Positions 62,435 through 64,000 of a stretch of 64,000 nucleotides of DNA are shown piece after piece; position 1 is the stretch's first letter; every line of letters begins with the position of its first letter. Location: assembly GCA_963514005.1 (NCBI GenBank), contig OY740820.1, positions 8,494,001 through 8,558,000 of the forward strand, read 5' to 3'. Made by a program: the position numbers and the translations under genes. The notes under the pieces are model-generated. The model saw only the letters and a list, made by a program, of their open reading frames with translations, made no database searches and was not told where the DNA came from. This DNA comes from Raja brachyura. Lineage: Eukaryota.

Positions 62435-62879
62435 GTATGTTTGTCCCATTTGGAAATGTGACAGATTATTTTGAACAATATTATGATACATTGTTAACTC
62501 TCGTTAAAGAGCTCCTCATTATTTAATATATTGCATAGCATAACCACGGTTACTGCCGAAATCACTTGGAAATAACTTTTACGTATCAGGGGGTCGTTGA
62601 AATGGTTAAAACGCTAATGCCTGACTTGGGGGAAGTCGTGTTGTAGTATATGACCCGGCAAAAATAGACCGATAGGTAATTGTGCACCCCACCAGAGAGA
62701 GGCATTCACAAGCAAAATCATTTCTGGGGTCAATGTGTTCCCATAAAGGTTAAAGGTAAGGAACCTGGGATTACACGGGATATCAAGGTTTTAATAAATT
62801 ATATAAAGGGAATTATATTGGCAAACAGCACAGAAACAGGCCCTTCGGCCCAATTTGCCCATGCCAACCCAGATCTAGC

Positions 62880-64000
62880 GTTATGTAATGGATTTAGTGT
62901 TATGTAATGAACCGGATTTGATAAAGGACCTGGAGGTTAATGAGCCATTAGGAGGCAGTGACCATAACATGCTCAGGTTTAATCTACAATTGGAGAGGGA
63001 GAAGAGTAGATCGGAGGTGTCAGTGTTGCAGCTGAATAAAGGGGACTATGGAGCCATGAGGGATGAGCTGGCCAAATTTGACTGGAAAGATACACTAGCA
63101 GGGATGACAGTGGAACAAATATGGCAGGTGTTTCTAGGAATAATACAGAAGGTGCAGGATCAGTTCATTCCTAGGAGGAAGAAAGATTCCAAGGGACGAA
63201 AGGGACGACCATGGCTGACAAGGGACGTCAGGGACAGTATAAAAATTAAAGCAAAGAAGTATAACGTAGCAAAGATGAGCGGGAAGCAAGAGGATTGGGT
63301 AATGTTTAAAGGACAACAGAAGATAACCAAACAGACAATACGGGGAGAAAAGATGAGGTACGAAGGTAAGCTAGCGAAGAATATGAAGCAGGATACTAAA
63401 AACTTCTTTAGGTATGTGAAGAGGAAAAAATTAGTTAAGACCAAAATTGGACCCTTGAAGACCGAAAAAGGTGAATTTATTTTGGGGAACAAGGAAATGG
63501 CAGATGAGTTGAACGGGTACTTTGGATCTGTCTTCTCCAAGGAGGACACAAACAATCTTCCCGATATAGTAGTGGCCAGAGGATCTGGGGTGACAGAGGA
63601 ACTGAAGGAAATCCACATTAGGCAGGAAATGGTGTTGGATAGACTAATGGGACTGAAGGCTGATACATCCCCACGGCCCGATGGTCTGCATCCCAGGGTA
63701 GTTAAGGAAGTGGCTCTACAAATCATGGATGCATTGATGATAATTTTCCAATGTTCTATAGACTCAGGATCAGTTCCTGTGGATTGGAGGGTAGCTAATG
63801 TTATCCCACTTTTTTAAAAAGGCGGGAGAGAAAACTGGGAATCATAGACCAGTTAGCCTGACATCGGTGGTGGGGAAGATGCTGGAGTCAGTTATAAAAG
63901 ATGAGATAGACCGATCCTGTTACTGCTATCCAAATGTTCGGCTGAGTCGGCATGGATTTACGAAGGGGAAATCATGCTTGACTAATCTTCTGGAATTTTT
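62880..64000 (+). mobile_element. CR1 LINE ORF2 (endonuclease end, linker, RT start), runs off the window
   Basis: DLVLCNE...EPLGGSDHNM (APE end), PRPDGLHPRV, DWRVANVIPLF; short tandem duplication at the 5' junction. Confidence 0.93.

Noticed and set aside
52997-63726. Antisense ORFs over CR1 copies (52997, 53739, 53966, 63160, 63431)
   Set aside because: Shadow frames of the CR1 ORF2 strand.

Overview
Eukaryotic (vertebrate) genomic DNA, most likely from a cartilaginous fish (skate/ray/shark), judged by its repeat content: HE1-type V-SINEs, abundant CR1 LINEs, Penelope and Rex1/Babar. The window lies wholly inside one + strand gene, VPS13C. I traced 19 consecutive coding exons (2075..62434; 2557 nt, 852 codons + 1 nt) that splice into one uninterrupted frame, covering the end of the VAB region, the WWE insertion and the start of the ATG2_C-like C-terminal region. 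One intron needs a non-canonical GC donor. The introns are packed with mobile DNA: CR1 LINEs (one with a 579-aa RT ORF), a DIRS tyrosine-recombinase element with its ICR but a deleted RT core, a hAT element with an 8-bp TSD, PIF/Harbinger-type MITEs, V-SINEs, and Rex1/Babar, L2 and Crack-like fragments. The most striking signal is a Penelope-derived family of about 30 copies (counted by eye) carrying a minimal hammerhead ribozyme core (CTGAAGA-stem-GAAAC-GTC). It forms short fold-back units with their own target-site duplications, and in several places these have copied neighbouring host DNA into themselves. Two related intronic segments also look like box C/D snoRNAs. All coordinates and alignments were read by eye; no searches were run.
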